This document shows positions 39,370-52,619 of a stretch of 60,045 nucleotides of DNA, piece after piece. Made by a program: the position numbers and the translations under genes. Location of the stretch: the NCBI RefSeq assembly GCF_004010195.1, contig NW_025215039.1, positions 1-60,045 on the forward strand. The letters run 5' to 3'. Under the pieces are notes generated by a model. It saw only the letters and a program-made list of their open reading frames with translations, was not told where the DNA came from and made no database searches. The first letter of the stretch is position 1; every line of letters begins with the position of its first letter. Source of the stretch: Chiloscyllium plagiosum (taxonomy: Eukaryota).

Positions 39370-41750
39370 TGCCATAATCTGTCCAATGATGTTTGATGAA
39401 TATCTACAGTATATCTTGTAGATGGTATACTTGTCTGCTACTGAATGTTGGTGGAGGAGGGAGCCAATCAAGCTGGCTGCTTTATCCTAAATGGTGTCAA
39501 GCTGGAGTGTTCTTGGAGCTGCCCACATCCGGGCAAGTGGGGAGTATTCCACTACACTTCTGACTTGTGTCTTCTGGTGGGAAGGCTTTGGGGAGTCAAA
39601 AGGAGAGAGTTACTCACTGCAGTATTCCTAGCTTCTGACCTACTCTTGTAGCTACTGTATTTACACGGTGAGTCCATTTCAGTTTCTGATCAGTGGTAAC
39701 CCTCTGGATGCCGATAGTGGGAATTTCAGTGATGGGAATGTCAACGAATGTCAAGGTGAAGCGGTTAGATTGTCTCTTACTGAGATAGCCATTGCCTGGC
39801 ATTTGCAGGACATGAATATTACTTGCTACTTGTCAGTCCAAGCCTGGTCTCACTGCCTAGAGTTTGTTACTTGTGAACATGGGCTGCTTCAATAATTGGC
39901 GTCATCACAAATGTTGCTGAAAATTGTGCAATCATTGGTGAACATCCCCACTTCTGACGTAATGAAGGAGGGGGTGTCACTGATGAAGCAGCTGAAGATG
40001 GTTGGGCCAAGGATAATACCTTGTGGAATGCCTGCAGAGATGCCCTGAAGCTTCAACAACCACAACGATCTTCCTGTGCCAGATATGATTCCAACCAGAG
40101 TATTTTCCCCCAATTTCCATTGATTCCAGTTTTGTTCGGTATCCTTGATCCCCACTTGGTCAAATGTAGAATTCATGGTAAGGGCTGTCACTCACTTCAC
40201 CTCTGGAATTCAGCTCGTTTGTCTGTACCTGAACCAAGGTTGTAATGAGTTCAGGAACTGAGTGGACTAACGGAACCCAAACTGGGTGTCACTGAGCAGG
40301 TGCTGCTTGATCGCATTTTTGATAACACTTTCATCACTTTACTGATGATTGAGAGCAGACCGATGAGGTATTAATTGAACAGGTTGGATTTATCCTGCTT
40401 TGTCTGTACAAGATATACCTGAGCAATTTTTCACAATCAAGCATAAGCTCTTCATCAGGAATTTCTAATGAGAGCTTATGCTCAAAATGTTGACTCTCCT
40501 GCTGGCTGTGATTTTCCAGCACCATACTATCCGACTCTGATCTTGAACATCTATAGAGCTCACTTTCTCCCAATTTTCCAGACTGTTGGGTCGATACCAG
40601 TGTTATAGGTGGCCTGGAAGTGCTTGGTTAGGGGAGTGGCAAGTGCTGCAGCAGAGCCTTCAGCACTATTGCCAGAATGTTGGCAGGGCCGATAGTCTTT
40701 GCAGTATCCAGTGTCTCCAACATTTCTTCATATCACACAAAGTGAATCAAATTGGCTGGAGACTGGCATTTGCAATGGTGGAGATCACTGGAGGAGGCCA
40801 AGACAGATCTTCTGGCTGAAGATTGTTGAAAATGCTACAGCTTTATCTTTTGCACTGATATACTGGGGTCTTCAATCATTGAGAATGAAGATGCATGCAG
40901 AGCCTCCCCCTCAAGTAAGTTGTTCAAGTGTCCATCGTGTATACGTGACAGAACTGTAAAGCTTAGATCTTATCCATTTGTTGTGGCATTGCTTAGCTTT
41001 GTCTATCATTTGCCACTTATGCTACCTGGCACACAAGTAATCCTGTTTGGTTGCTTCATTTTTAGGTATACCCGATGCTGCTCCGAGCATTCTCTTCTGC
41101 ACTCTCCATGGTTGAATGAGGGATATGCTGGGCCATGAGTTTGCAGACTATGTTGAAGTACAAGCCTGTTATTGATGGCCCACTGCACCTCACAATGCCG
41201 TGTCTTGAGTTGCTAGATCTGTCCGAATTCTGTCCAATTTAGCAGAGTGATAGTGCACAACAGGATTGTAGGTACTCCAAATATGAAGTCACTACGTAAT
41301 GGTCACTCATACTGACACATCTGCAGCTGGCAGATTGATAAGGATGAGGTCAAGTGTGTTTGTCCCTCTTAATGATTCCCTTACCATCTGTCACAGATTT
41401 ATCCTTTGGAAGAGAACTTGCGATAGTGACATTGCACACATTGGCTGCCCTTCTTTTATACGATGGAGGTCAAGGGCTTGGAAGGTGCTATTGAAGGGGC
41501 TCTGGTGAGTTACTGCAGTGCCTCTTGCAGATGATACACACTGCGGACACTGTGCTTTTGTAGCAAAGACATGTTAGAAATGGTGGATGAGATACTAAAT
41601 AAATCGGCTTTTTGTCCTGGATCATAATGTGTTTCTTCAAATGCTACTGCAGATGCATACATCCAGCCAAGTGTCAAGTACATGTATTCCCAAGTTGTTC
41701 CTGTAGATGATGAAAAGGCATTGGGGAGATAGGTGGCAAGTTGCTTACTG
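39370..41750 (-). mobile_element. L2/CR1-group LINE ORF2 remnant with a P2 PLE at about 40448-40572
   Basis: SAGIPQGIILGPTIFSCFISD...SEVGMFTND and DQKLKWTHRVNTVATR in ORFs 39614-40191. Confidence 0.85.
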
Positions 41751-42369
41751 CTGGATTCCCCAACTGTGACCTGTTTTTACCTAACCACAATATAAATATT
41801 TGGTTACTATATAACTACTGTCAGTTATCAGGAAAACTGCAGAGAACTACCTAGAGACCAGCAATCAGTTACATAAGGGACCCCTCCCCTCCATCAGGAT
41901 TTGGGCTTGTATCAAGAGCAATGAAGATTGCAGGGTATTAGTGGGACCATAACTGGAGTTATGGGCACTGTATTCAGGAATGATTAACAAAAATAGCCAG
42001 TCCTGTTCAGTGTCTGGTCAATGGTATCCTCAAGAAATTTTTCTTTGCTGTTTGCAGAATCCTGATGCATGCTAAATGATAACTACATGTGTTTAAGTAA
42101 TGGGGCAAATACCAAATTAATCTACTTGTTCAAAGAAAAATAATTATCTGGCTCAGTAATGTCCTTTAGGGAAGAAAATCTTCCATCCTTACCGGTCTGG
42201 TCTACAGGCAACTCCAGACCCAGATCAGGTAATGTGGTTGACTTTTAGGCAAATTTAATAAACACTGGCCTGAGTAGTGATGCCCTCATCCCCGATGGCT
42301 CATTTAAAGAAGGATTAAAATGCATGGGAGGAAATTCACCAAAGGTATATTAAACTAATATTTGGAAAA

Positions 42370-42810
42370 AGGGTTGCTGTCCTCTGAGGAAAGGTTGGAC
42401 AGTCAAGATTTATATTCGCTGAAGTTTAGAAGACAATGGAGGGGATTTGATTGAAACACGTATTCCTGAGGGATCTTGGAAGGGTGGGAGGTTTTCCCTT
42501 ATGGGAGGATCTGGAACTAGCGAGGTCATTAGAAATAAGGGTTCACCCATTTAAAACAGAAATGGGCCAAAGCAAAATTCTGTCAGAGGATCATGGGTCT
42601 TTGGTACTCACTTCCTCAAAGAAACCACTATCCTTGAAATGTTTTTATGACAGAGGCAGGTAGATTCTTATTAAGCAAGGGATGAAAAGTTATGAGGAGT
42701 TGGTGGCAATGCAGGTTCAAAGTTGTAAACAGATCAGCCATAATCTTATTGAATGGCAGAACAGGCTCAAATGACCTACACCTCGTCCTAATTTTCAAGT
42801 TCACATGACA
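42370..42810 (+). mobile_element. CR1 3' fragment
   Basis: CR1 distal ORF2 and tail motifs. Confidence 0.7.
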
Positions 42811-43514
42811 TTAAACTAAGTTATGTTGATTGATCCTTGAATCAACAAACAACAAACTTGGAAGTGAAAGAAGCACCATCCCAAGCAAAGTGTAAACAGC
42901 CCAAGCCAGATAGTTCCTGACCGTCAAAACTGAACGGATTCCTCCAGGAGGAATGAATACACACACTTCTTTCGTTATTAAGATCTCAAGTGCAGACCTT
43001 TTTGTTTTTATTCTCATTCACCAAAATGTAGAAAATTCCAAGCAGCACGAGTACTGACACTATTTTTCCAAGAGAGACTACACTGAGAGACTACTTACAG
43101 AACAAAAGTTTCTTTAAAATTATAAAAAGCTCGATAGCACACAAAGAAAGAAATTGTCATGGGTGAGGAATGGACAACTTAAAAATGGTTATAGTAAGGA
43201 GATATGTTAGACAATATTTTTGATGCAGAGAAATGTTGCAGTAAGGAATGCCTAGCCACAGTAGGGAAAGCACAGACCACTGTAGCTTGAAAGGGAAATT
43301 TCGATAAATCATTGAAATAGAGCAATGGATATGGCAAAAAAGAATGGGCCAAGTCTTTGTTCCAACAGAAGATTGGCATGCACATGATGGACAAAAAGGC
43401 CCTCATCTGTGCTGCAAGCTTCTATGACTTAGCACAGAGCAAGTGTTTTGAGCTATGTAGCCAGCCTGGTAGAAGAGCTAGTGGTTTCCATTTTGCAAAA
43501 GCAGTGTACTAATT

Positions 43515-46175
43515 TAGAGTCATAGAGATGTACAGCACGAAAACAGACCTTCCAACCAGATATTCAAACCCAATCTAGTCCCACCTGCCAGCACCCGGCC
43601 CATATCCCTCCAAACCCTTCCTACTCATTTACCCATCCAAATGCCTTTTAAATATTGCAATTGTACCAGCCTCCACCACTTCCTCTGGCAGCTCATTCCA
43701 TACACAAACCACCCTCTGCGTAAAAACGTTGCCCCTTAGGTCTCTTTTATATCTTTCCCCTCTCACCCTAAACCTATGCCCTCTCCTTCTGGATTCCCCC
43801 ACCCCAGGGAAAAGACTTTGTCTATTTATCCTATCCATGCCCCTCATGATTTTATAAACCTCTATAAGGTAACCACTCAGCCTCAGACTCTCCAGGAAAA
43901 ACAGAACCAGCCTATTCAACCTCTCCCTCTCATTCAAATCCTCCAACCCTGCAAACATCCTTGCAAACCTTTTCTGAACTCTCTCAAGTTTCACAACATC
44001 TTTCCGATAGGAAGGAGACCAGAATTGCACACAATATTCCAACAGTGGCCGAACCAATGTCCTGTACAGCAGCAACATGACCTCCCAACTCCTGTACTCA
44101 ATACTCTGACCAATAAAGGAAAGCATACTAAATGCCTTCTTCACTATCCTATCGACCTGCGATTCCACTTTCCAGGAGCTATGAACCTGTACTCCAAGGT
44201 CTCTTTGTTCAGCAACTCTCCCTAGGACCTTACCATTAAGGTGTACAAGTCCTGCTAAGATTTGCTTTTCCAAAATGCATTTACCTGAATTAAACTCCAT
44301 CTGCCACTCCCCAGTCTATTGGTCCACCTGATCAAAATGCCATAATCTGAGGAAACTTTCTTTGCTGTCCACCATACCTCCAATTTCAGCGTCATCTGCA
44401 AACTTACTTACTATACCTCTTATGCTCACATCCAAATAATTTATATAAAATGACAAAAAGTAGTGGACCCAGCACCGATCTTTGTGGCACTCCACTGGTC
44501 ATAGGCCTCCAGTCTGAAAAACAACCCTCCACCACCACCCTCTGTCTTCTACCTTTGAGCCAGTTCTGTGTTCAAAAGGCTAGTTCTCCATGTATTCTAT
44601 GAGATCTAACCTTGCTACCCAGTCTCCAATGGGGGACCTTATCAAACGCCTTACTGAAGTCCACTGTTCTGCCCTCATCAATCCTCTATTGTTACTTCTT
44701 CAAAAAACTCAATCAAGTTTGTGAGACATGATTTCCCATGCACAAAGCCATGTTGACTATCTTTAATCAGTCCCTGCCTTTCCAAATACATGTACATCCT
44801 GTCCCTCAGAATTCCCTCCAACAACTTGCCCACCACCGACGTCAGGCTCACCGGTCTATAGTTCCCTGGCTTGTCCTTACCACCCTTCTTAAACAGTGGC
44901 ACCACATTAGCCAACCTCCAGTCTTCCAGCACCTCACCTGTGATTATCAATGATACAAATATCTCAGCAAGGAGCCCAACAATCATTCCCCTACCTTACT
45001 ACAGAGTTCTTGGGTACACCTGACCAGGTCCTGAGGATTTATCCACTTTTCTGTGTTTCAAGACATCCAGCACTTCCTCCTCTGTAATATGGATATTTTT
45101 CAAGATGTCATCATCTATTTCCCTACATTCTCTATCTTCCATGTACTTTTCCACAATAAACACTGATGCAAAATACTTATTTAGCATCTGCTAAATAACA
45201 TCTCCTGCGACTCCACACAAAGGCCAAATGCTGATCTTCGACAGGCCCTATTCTTTCCCTCGTTACCCTGTTGTCCTTAATGCATTTGTTAAAACCCTAT
45301 GAATTCTCCATTACTATTTGCCAAAGCTATCTCATGTCCCCCTTTTGCCCTCCTGGTTAATCTCTTAAGTATACTCCTACTGCCTTTATACTCTTCTGAG
45401 GATTCATTTATCTATCTGGTCAATACCTGACATATGCTTCCTTCTTTTTCTTAATCAAACCCTCAGTTTGTGTAGTCATCCAGCAATCCCTACATCTACC
45501 AGCCTTTCCTTTCAACCTAATAGGAATATACTGTCTCTGGACCCTCGTAATCTCATTTCTGAAGGCTCCCCATTTTCCAGCTGACCCTTTACCGGTAAAC
45601 ATCTGCCCCCAATCAGCTTTTGAAAGTTCTTGCCTAATACCGTCAAAATTGGCCTTTCTCCAATTTAGAACTTCAACTTTTAGATCTGGTCTGTCCTTTT
45701 CCATCAGTATTTGGAAGCTAATAGAATTGTGATCGCTGGCCCCAAAGTGCTCCCCCACTGACACCTCAGTCACCTGCTCTGCCTTATTTCCCAAGATTAG
45801 ATCAAGTTTTGCACCTTCTCTAGTAGGTACATCCACATACTGATTCAGAAAAATTTGCTGTACACACTTAAATTCCTCTCCATCTAAACCTTTAACACTC
45901 TGGTAGTCCCAGTCTATGTTTGGAAAGTTAAAATCCCATACCATAACCACCCTATTATTCTTACAGATTAACCACCCTATTATTCTTACAGATAACGGAG
46001 ATCTCCTTACAAATTTGTTTCTCAATTTCCCTCCAACTATTAGGGGGTCTATAATACAATCCCAAAAAGGTGATCACCCCTTTCTTATTTCTCAGTTCAA
46101 CTCAAATAACTTCCCTGGATGTATTTCCGGGAATATCTTCCCTCAGTACGTCTGTAATGCTATCCTTTATCAAAA
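43515..46175 (-). mobile_element. Young 5'-truncated CR1/HER1-type LINE (APE to 3' tail)
   Basis: ORFs 45420-46025 (DFNFPNIDW, SDHNSI), 44678-44986 (NYRPVSLTSVVGKLLE) and 43629-44300; TAGAGTCATAGAG tail. Confidence 0.95.
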
Positions 46176-46249
46176 ATTTCACAATGAAGGAATTGGAAAT
46201 GAATTAAAAGTGCCACTGAAGAATCCCTGACATCTTCAAAACACATGTT

Positions 46250-46590
46250 TTATTTTCTTTTAGTCATTCATGAGATGTGGGTGCCACTGGCTAGATCAGC
46301 ATTTGTTGTCCATCCCAAATGTCCAGCTATGTTGCTGTGGGTCTGGAGTCACTCACAGGCCAGACCAGGTAAGGATGGCAGTTTCCTTCCCTAAAAAGGA
46401 CATCAGTGTATCAAATGGGTTTTCTGACCACCAGAAATGATTCACATCCATTAGCTTCTTAATTTTCAATATTTATTGGATTCAAATTTCACCACGTACC
46501 ATGGGAGAATTTGAATGCAGGTCCCTCCAACATTACATGGGTCTCTGGATTAACAGTCCAGCGATAATACCACCAAGCCATTGTCTCCCC
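46250..46590 (-). mobile_element. SINE relic with an L2-type tail
   Basis: Minus-strand tail ATGCTGATCTAGCCAGTGGCACCCACATCTCATGAATGA; tRNA-like head near 46590; related copy at about 42120-42300. Confidence 0.6.
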
Positions 46591-47084
46591 ATCATTCTCA
46601 TGCTCCACCGTTAACAAAAATAGACTGAGTTAGTCCTGGATGCTAAATAACGACTTGGCAATTCTAAAAACAGATACAAGATTTGGGTCTCAACTCCTGA
46701 CCTTTGTGGCTAAAAGAAAATGAGGATAAGTGGCAAAACTGACTAGTTGACAAATCACTTTATCAAGTGGATTCGAAAATCTCTAATTATTAGTTTAAAG
46801 CATATTGCTGAACTTGACAAAAGAATGAAGCTTCAGATAAGACTGCTGAAAGAGACTCAAGTACTAACTCTTGTCAGTGAAAGAGCCAAGACAGGGAAAC
46901 CATTCAGCAGCATGGCTGTGAGACAGCATTCAGTGTAAATGCATTTTTGCCCCGTTCGTTCCAACAATGATATAATCGATTGTAAATTGCAAACCAGCCT
47001 CCTATCCACTGACTCCATCTGTACTTTCTGTTGCCTCAGGAGAAGCAAACAAATGCTGATCTAGCCATAATGAAAGACTCCTCC

Positions 47085-47375
47085 CGCCCCTGTTATACTC
47101 TCTTCTATCCTCCTCCTTTGGGCAGAAGATAAGAGGTTGAATAGACATACAAACAGATTCAAGAACAGCTTTTTCCCCACTCTTATCAGACTTATGAATG
47201 GACCTATCAAAATATAAATGTTGATCTCTCTGCACCTTCTCTGCTGCTGTAACACTGTATTCTGCATTCTGTTCTGTTATCCTGATGCACATTGTATAGT
47301 ACAGTCTGCCCATGTAGCAAAACAACTCTTTTCACTGTATCTCTGTACATGTGACAACAATAAATCAAACTCAAA
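47085..47375 (+). mobile_element. Rex1/Babar-like LINE 3' end
   Basis: GRR..R...TNRFKNSFFPTLIRLMN followed by an AATAAATCAAA tail; related tail at about 53495-53670 (minus). Confidence 0.65.
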
Positions 47376-47619
47376 CTGAATTACATCCAAAACAAATACT
47401 TGAGAAAAACAATAACATCAGACATACAGGAGTGGTTAGTTAGGCTCCCTGGGTACCTCTTGCACTACGTAAGAACATAAATCAAAATTCAGGTGGTACA
47501 AATCAATTTCAAATTTGCAGATACTCAAAGTGCCTAAAATATCAATGCAGATAACAACGCAAATAACAGTGAAAAAGAATGTTTATGACTTCTTTTTAAC
47601 AAGTTTTTTTTTCGAATGC

Positions 47620-49200
47620 AGATTTGCACATGTAGATCAAGGCATTGTAGAGATTTATCCAAAATATAAGAGCAAAAGTAGGACATCCAGCTCTTTGCCT
47701 CTGCTCCTGCATTCAGTGAGATCATGGCTCATCGGATAACCCTCAACTTCATGTTCCTCCCATATCCCTTATTCCCTTACTGATTAAAAATATCTATCTC
47801 AGTACTGAACGTACTTCAAGACAATCTTAACAGGTCTTGTGGTAGATTCTCTACCCTCAGAATAAATACTCCTTGTTTTAGATTTAAATGGGCGACCTAT
47901 TATTCTGAGATGATGCCTTCTGGTCCTAGACTGTCCACCAAGGAGAAGCAATCTCCCTGCATCTATCCTGTAAAGATCCCCTCAGAATCTTGTTTGTCTT
48001 AATGAGGTTTCCTATCATTCTTCTAAACTGCAATTAGTGTCAGCCCAATCTGCTAAACATCTCCCTGTAAGGCAGTCCCTCCATACCTGGGATCAACCTG
48101 GTGAACCTACTCTGCACTGTCTCCAAAACCAGGCCAAAATTGTGTCCAATCTTCTAAATGTGGTCTAACCAGTACCTTGTACAGTTTTAGCAAACCACCC
48201 TATTTTTACTCTCTATTCCCACTGATTAAAGGCCAACGTTCCATTTGCTGTCGCTATTACTTGCTGAACTCCAATGGTTGTTTTCTGTGATTCATGGACG
48301 ATGACTCCCAAACCTCTCTGGTCAGTAGCTTTCTGCAGCCTTCCCTATTTAAATAACATTCAGCTCCTCTACGCTTCCTGCCAAAAGCTCAGAACCTCAC
48401 TGCCCACATTATATTCCATCTGCCAAGTTTTTGCCTACTCCCTTAACCTTGGTCATATCTTTCTGCAGAATCTGTGCGTCATCATCACCACTTGCCCTCC
48501 CACATATTTTTGTGTCATCTGCAAACTTAGCTATACTACATTCACTTTCCTCAGCCAAGTCTTGAATAGATATTGTGGACCCACTAATCTTTGGCACACC
48601 ACATGTTGCTTAATGCCGTCCTGAAAATGCTCCCCATATCTGAACTGTTGTCAATTAGCCAATTCTCTCTCCATGCAAATATGCTCCTCCCAAACATCAT
48701 GCTGTCTTAAGTCAATTAATGTGTGGTAGTTTATAAAATGCCTTCTGAAAACCCAAATATATTACATTCACTACTTCCACTTTATCTATTTTGCTTGCCC
48801 TCCTCGAACAAATTCTGGTAAATTTATCAGGCATGATTTACCCTTCATGAAGCCAGGCTGATTCTTCTTAATCATATGTACTCCTGAATGCTCTTTTTAC
48901 AATAGACTAACATTTTCCCCAAGAACAGATGTTAGGCTAATTGGTCTACATTGACTTGTTTTTGTCTTCTTCCCCTTTTGAAGGAATGTGTTATACTGGC
49001 AGTTCTACAATTTTTTGGGATTTTTCCAGAATCTAAGGATTCCTGGAAGATTATGACTCGTGCATTCGTTGTCTCTGCAGCTACGTCCTTTAATATCTTA
49101 AAATGCATACCATCTTGGTCTGTGTTTTTGCCTAATCTACATTTCTGCTGAGAGCCATGAAAGATTTTCTTAAACATCTGCCATTGTTCTTCAACTGTCT
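47620..49200 (-). mobile_element. Degenerate CR1 fragment
   Basis: IAKFADDTKICG in ORF 48409-48597. Confidence 0.8.
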
Positions 49201-49357
49201 TCCTTTGGTTTCAGGGATGATCAGCTTCCTTCATTTGGGAACAGAGAAGGTAGAGAGAAATGTAAAACTTTAAAAAAGATGAAAATGCTTCCATTGGGTG
49301 AGTAAGGGGGAAAAATTTTATTATGGTAAAACAGAGAATTCTTCCCCTGTTACTTAC

Positions 49358-49378
49358 GCAGTAGGATTATCTTCTTCG
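49358..49378 (-). CDS. Candidate 21-nt frame-preserving microexon
   Basis: TTGTTTCGTTCATAG|CGAAGAAGATAATCCTACTGC|GTAAGT; purine-rich GAAGAAGA. Confidence 0.35.
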
Positions 49379-49392
49379 CTATGAACGAAACA

Positions 49393-49650
49393 AGATATAA
49401 AAGAGACCTATGGGGCAACTTTTCACTCAGAGGGTGGTACATGTATGGAATGAGCTGCCAGAGGAAGTGGTGGAGGCTGATACAATTGCAACATTTAAAA
49501 AGCATTTGGATGGGTATATGAATAGGAAGGGTTTGGAGGGATATGGGCCAGATGCTGGCAGGTGGGACTAGATTGGGTTGGGATATCTGGTCGACTTGGA
49601 CAGGTTGGACCGAAGGGTCTCTGTTTCCATGCTGTATATCTCTATGACTA
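49393..49650 (+). mobile_element. Young CR1/HER1 3' end
   Basis: Closely matches the reverse complement of 43515-43755. Confidence 0.9.
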
Positions 49651-49877
49651 TAATAAAAAAAAACCTTTCATGACGATGGTCATCTTTTAAAATTTCTCTT
49701 AACCTTCTCTGCTCCCACATGACTAAAGCTGTTCATCCTGCCACCAATTCTTAGAATTCACTTCCTAACAATATCAACTTTTATTTATGATTCGGAGATG
49801 CTGGTGTCAGACTGGGGTGTACAAAGTTAAAAATCACACAACACCAGGTTATAGTCCAACAGGTTTAATTGGAAGCA

Positions 49878-49912
49878 CACTAGCTTTCGGAGAGACGCTC
49901 CTTCATCAGGTG
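49878..49912 (-). ncRNA. Minimal hammerhead motif (P1)
   Basis: CAC-CTGATGA-A-GGAG-cgtct-CTCC-GAAA-GC-TA-GTG: stem I CAC/GTG, palindromic AGCT, CUA triplet. Confidence 0.7.
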
Positions 49913-50274
49913 ATTGTGGAGGGCTCGATCGTAACACAGAATTTATAGCAAAAATTTGAAGTGTGATGTAACTGAAATTATACATTGAAGAATTGATTGT
50001 CTGTTAAGCCTTTCATCTGTTAGAATACAGTGATAGTTTCACTTCTTTCATGTATAAATCACAAAACCCTTTTTTTTAAAGTTGCATTCTAACCCGAGAA
50101 TGCAACTTTAAAAAAAAGGGTTTTGTGATTTATACATGAAAGAAGTGAAACTATCACTGTATTCTAACAGATGAAAGGCTTAAAAGACAATCAATTCTTC
50201 AATGTATAATTTCAGTTACATCACACTGCAAATTTTTGCTATAAATTCTGTGTTACGATCGAGCCCTCCACAAT

Positions 50275-50309
50275 CACCTGATGAAGGAGCGTCGCTCCGA
50301 AAGCTTGTG
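50275..50309 (+). ncRNA. Minimal hammerhead motif (P1)
   Basis: CAC-CTGATGA-A-GGAGC-gtc-GCTCC-GAAA-GC-TT-GTG. Confidence 0.7.
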
Positions 50310-50844
50310 TGCTTCCAATTAAACCTGTTGGACTATAACCTGGTGTTGTGATTTTTAACTTTTATTTATACTTTTTTTAAAATTCACTTTTAAGATGATA
50401 AAACATGCCAAGATGGCTTACTACGATATTACGTCACTTAAGGAAATAGGTTAGATGACTAAAAGCATGGTCAAAGAAGTTTGCTTTTGGTATTGTGTGA
50501 AGAATGGAAGGGAGGTGGGGAGAGGTTTAGGGAGCCCCAGAGATCACCTATCTAAAGAGATTAAAAACAGTGATCAAGATGTCAGAATTGGAAAGGTGCA
50601 GAAATCTTGAGTATTCGCGGACTGGGAGGTGATTGCAGAGGTAGGAATACGTGAGGAGTCCCTGGAGGGATTTGAAAACAAGGTTGAAACGTTAAAAACA
50701 GAATGTAGTTTGACTTTCTCCTCATCAGTCAATTTAGGTCAGTGAGTAAAAATAAAAACAAAAACGCTGGAGAAACTAGACAGGTCTGGCAGCATCTCTG
50801 GATGAATGTTGCGTAGAGAGAGAGAGAGAGAGAAAAAGACTTAA

Positions 50845-51149
50845 GAAAGAATTAGATTACCTACTGTATGGAAACAGGCCCTTTGGTCCACACCGACCCA
50901 CCCAGCCTCATTCCCCTCTGACTAATGCACCTAACACTATGGGCAATTTAGCGCGGCCAATTCACCTGACCTGCACATCTTTGGACTGTGGGAGGAAACC
51001 AAAGCACCCAGACATGGGGAGAAACCAAAGCACCCAGACATGGGGAGAATGTTGAAACTCCACACAGGCAGGAGCCAGAGGCTGGAATCGAACCTGGGAC
51101 CCTGGTGCTGTGAGACATCAGTGCTAACCACTGAGCCACCGTGCCACCC
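50845..51149 (-). mobile_element. HE1-type SINE with an internal 26-bp tandem duplication
   Basis: Head GGGTGGCACGGTGGCTCAGTGG, B box GGTTCGATTCC; GAAACCAAAGCACCCAGACATGGGGA twice. Confidence 0.92.
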
Positions 51150-51604
51150 GTAGGGGGCTCATATTGTACCTAAAACTTTTACTGTTTCTCTCTCCACAGA
51201 TACTGCCAGACTGGCTGAGGTTATATTTGCATTTATTTCAGATTTCCAGTATCCATAATATTTTGCTTTTATTTTAGCAAGCATGAAATTGAAAGGGGAA
51301 TGTGACTTTCTGTAAGTTAACAGATGAAGCAAGTTTTTCAGGGCACAGAATCTGGGAGACATAGCTTTGTGGTAGTTTTTATACCTCTAGACTAGAAGGC
51401 CCAGGTTCAAGTCACATCTGCTCGAGAAATATGCTAAAAGATTGATTAGAAAATAGCGTGACACCAGCCTGCATTGGAATCAAAACGTCTAGAAATAACA
51501 AAGAGAGATTTTTACAGGGTGATGTGGAAAGAATGTTTCCTCATGGGAGAATTTAAAAGTAAGAGGCCGCCTGTTTAAAGATTCAAGGTCACCCCTTCAT
51601 AGAG

Positions 51605-51962
51605 GATCATAGTTTTCTTACAGTCTGGAAAGCAGGCCATTCAGCCCATCAAGTCCACGCTGACTCTCTGAAGAGCATCCCACCTAGACTCAGCTGCCTA
51701 CACTATCCCTGTAACTCCATACTTCCCATAACTAATCCACCTAGCCTGCACTTCTCTGGACACTATGAAGCAATTTAACATGGCTAACCCACCTAATCTG
51801 CACATCTTTTGACTGAGGGAGGAAACCGGAGCACCCGGAGGAAATCCAACTGTCAAAGGAGAATGTCTGTGTTGAGTTTGCAGAGTCCCCTGAAGCTAGA
51901 ATCAAACATAGGCTCCTGGCACTGTGAGGCAATGGTGCTAGCTGCTGAGCCATCATGCCACC
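51605..51962 (-). mobile_element. Older HE1-type SINE nested in a CR1 3' fragment
   Basis: TGGCTCAGCAG head, CCTCCGGGTGCTCCGGTTTCCTCC core. Confidence 0.85.
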
Positions 51963-52619
51963 TCTTTAAGATAGAGACGAGGAGAAATATTTTCTCTTTG
52001 ACTCATGGGTTTTTGGAAGTCTCCTTTCATAGCTTTTCAAGGAAGAGAGTTTCTGAAACGTTTTAGGACAGAGGTGGGTAGGTTGTTCAGGGTAGGGGGA
52101 AAAGAGACATTATTCAGGGAAGGTGGAGCAAATCAGAACTATTAACTGGCAGAGCAGACATGACCTGCTGAGGGATGTACTCTTGCTCCTAATCATACAT
52201 TTGCATAAAGGTTGAGACAGAGATCACATTGAGCAATATCACAAAGGTGGGAAACAGTGATCCAAGCAATGACAGTAGACTGGAAGCAGACTAAATGGCA
52301 ATTTTCAACTTTGAATTGGACAAATACTTCAAAAATAAAAAATGTAAGGCTTCAGGAATAGAGCAGGGAAGTGAGACTAGTTAGATAGCCTTTTAAAGAG
52401 TGAATAGCTTCCTTCTGTGCCATATGATAACAGATACAAATTCAATTCAAAAGCCGCAAATCATTTAAAAAGTGACAGCGTGAATCTTATTGAAGTGAAT
52501 GAGATTTGGCAGGACAGCATCTACAGAAGTAGCTCCGTTATCTGTCACAATAGAAAGGATTCACTAGTCCATCCTCCCCCACTACATTAATAATGCAAAG
52601 TGGCAGACAATTAACTAAC

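Larger units (their letters stand above)
49789..50362. mobile_element. Young fold-back PLE insertion (P1): 540-bp palindrome plus ~34-nt tail, 13-bp TSD
   Basis: Arms 49823-50090 and 50097-50362 around AACCCG; AACTTTTATTTAT at 49776-49788 and 50357-50369. Confidence 0.95.

Noticed and set aside
39085..39396. 103-aa ORF
   Set aside because: No recognisable motif or good splice context; it may overlap an old LINE remnant on the minus strand and runs into repeat.
46869..47533. Extra candidate minus-strand exons (about 47456-47533 and 46869-46922)
   Set aside because: The first has a weak donor and does not fit the phase of the spliced model; the second has no phase-compatible upstream partner in the main frame. 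Cannot be excluded without RNA data.
49214..49297. Plus-strand exon-like segment (TTTCAG...GG|GTGAGT)
   Set aside because: Isolated, abuts a CR1 end, and has no plus-strand partner exons.
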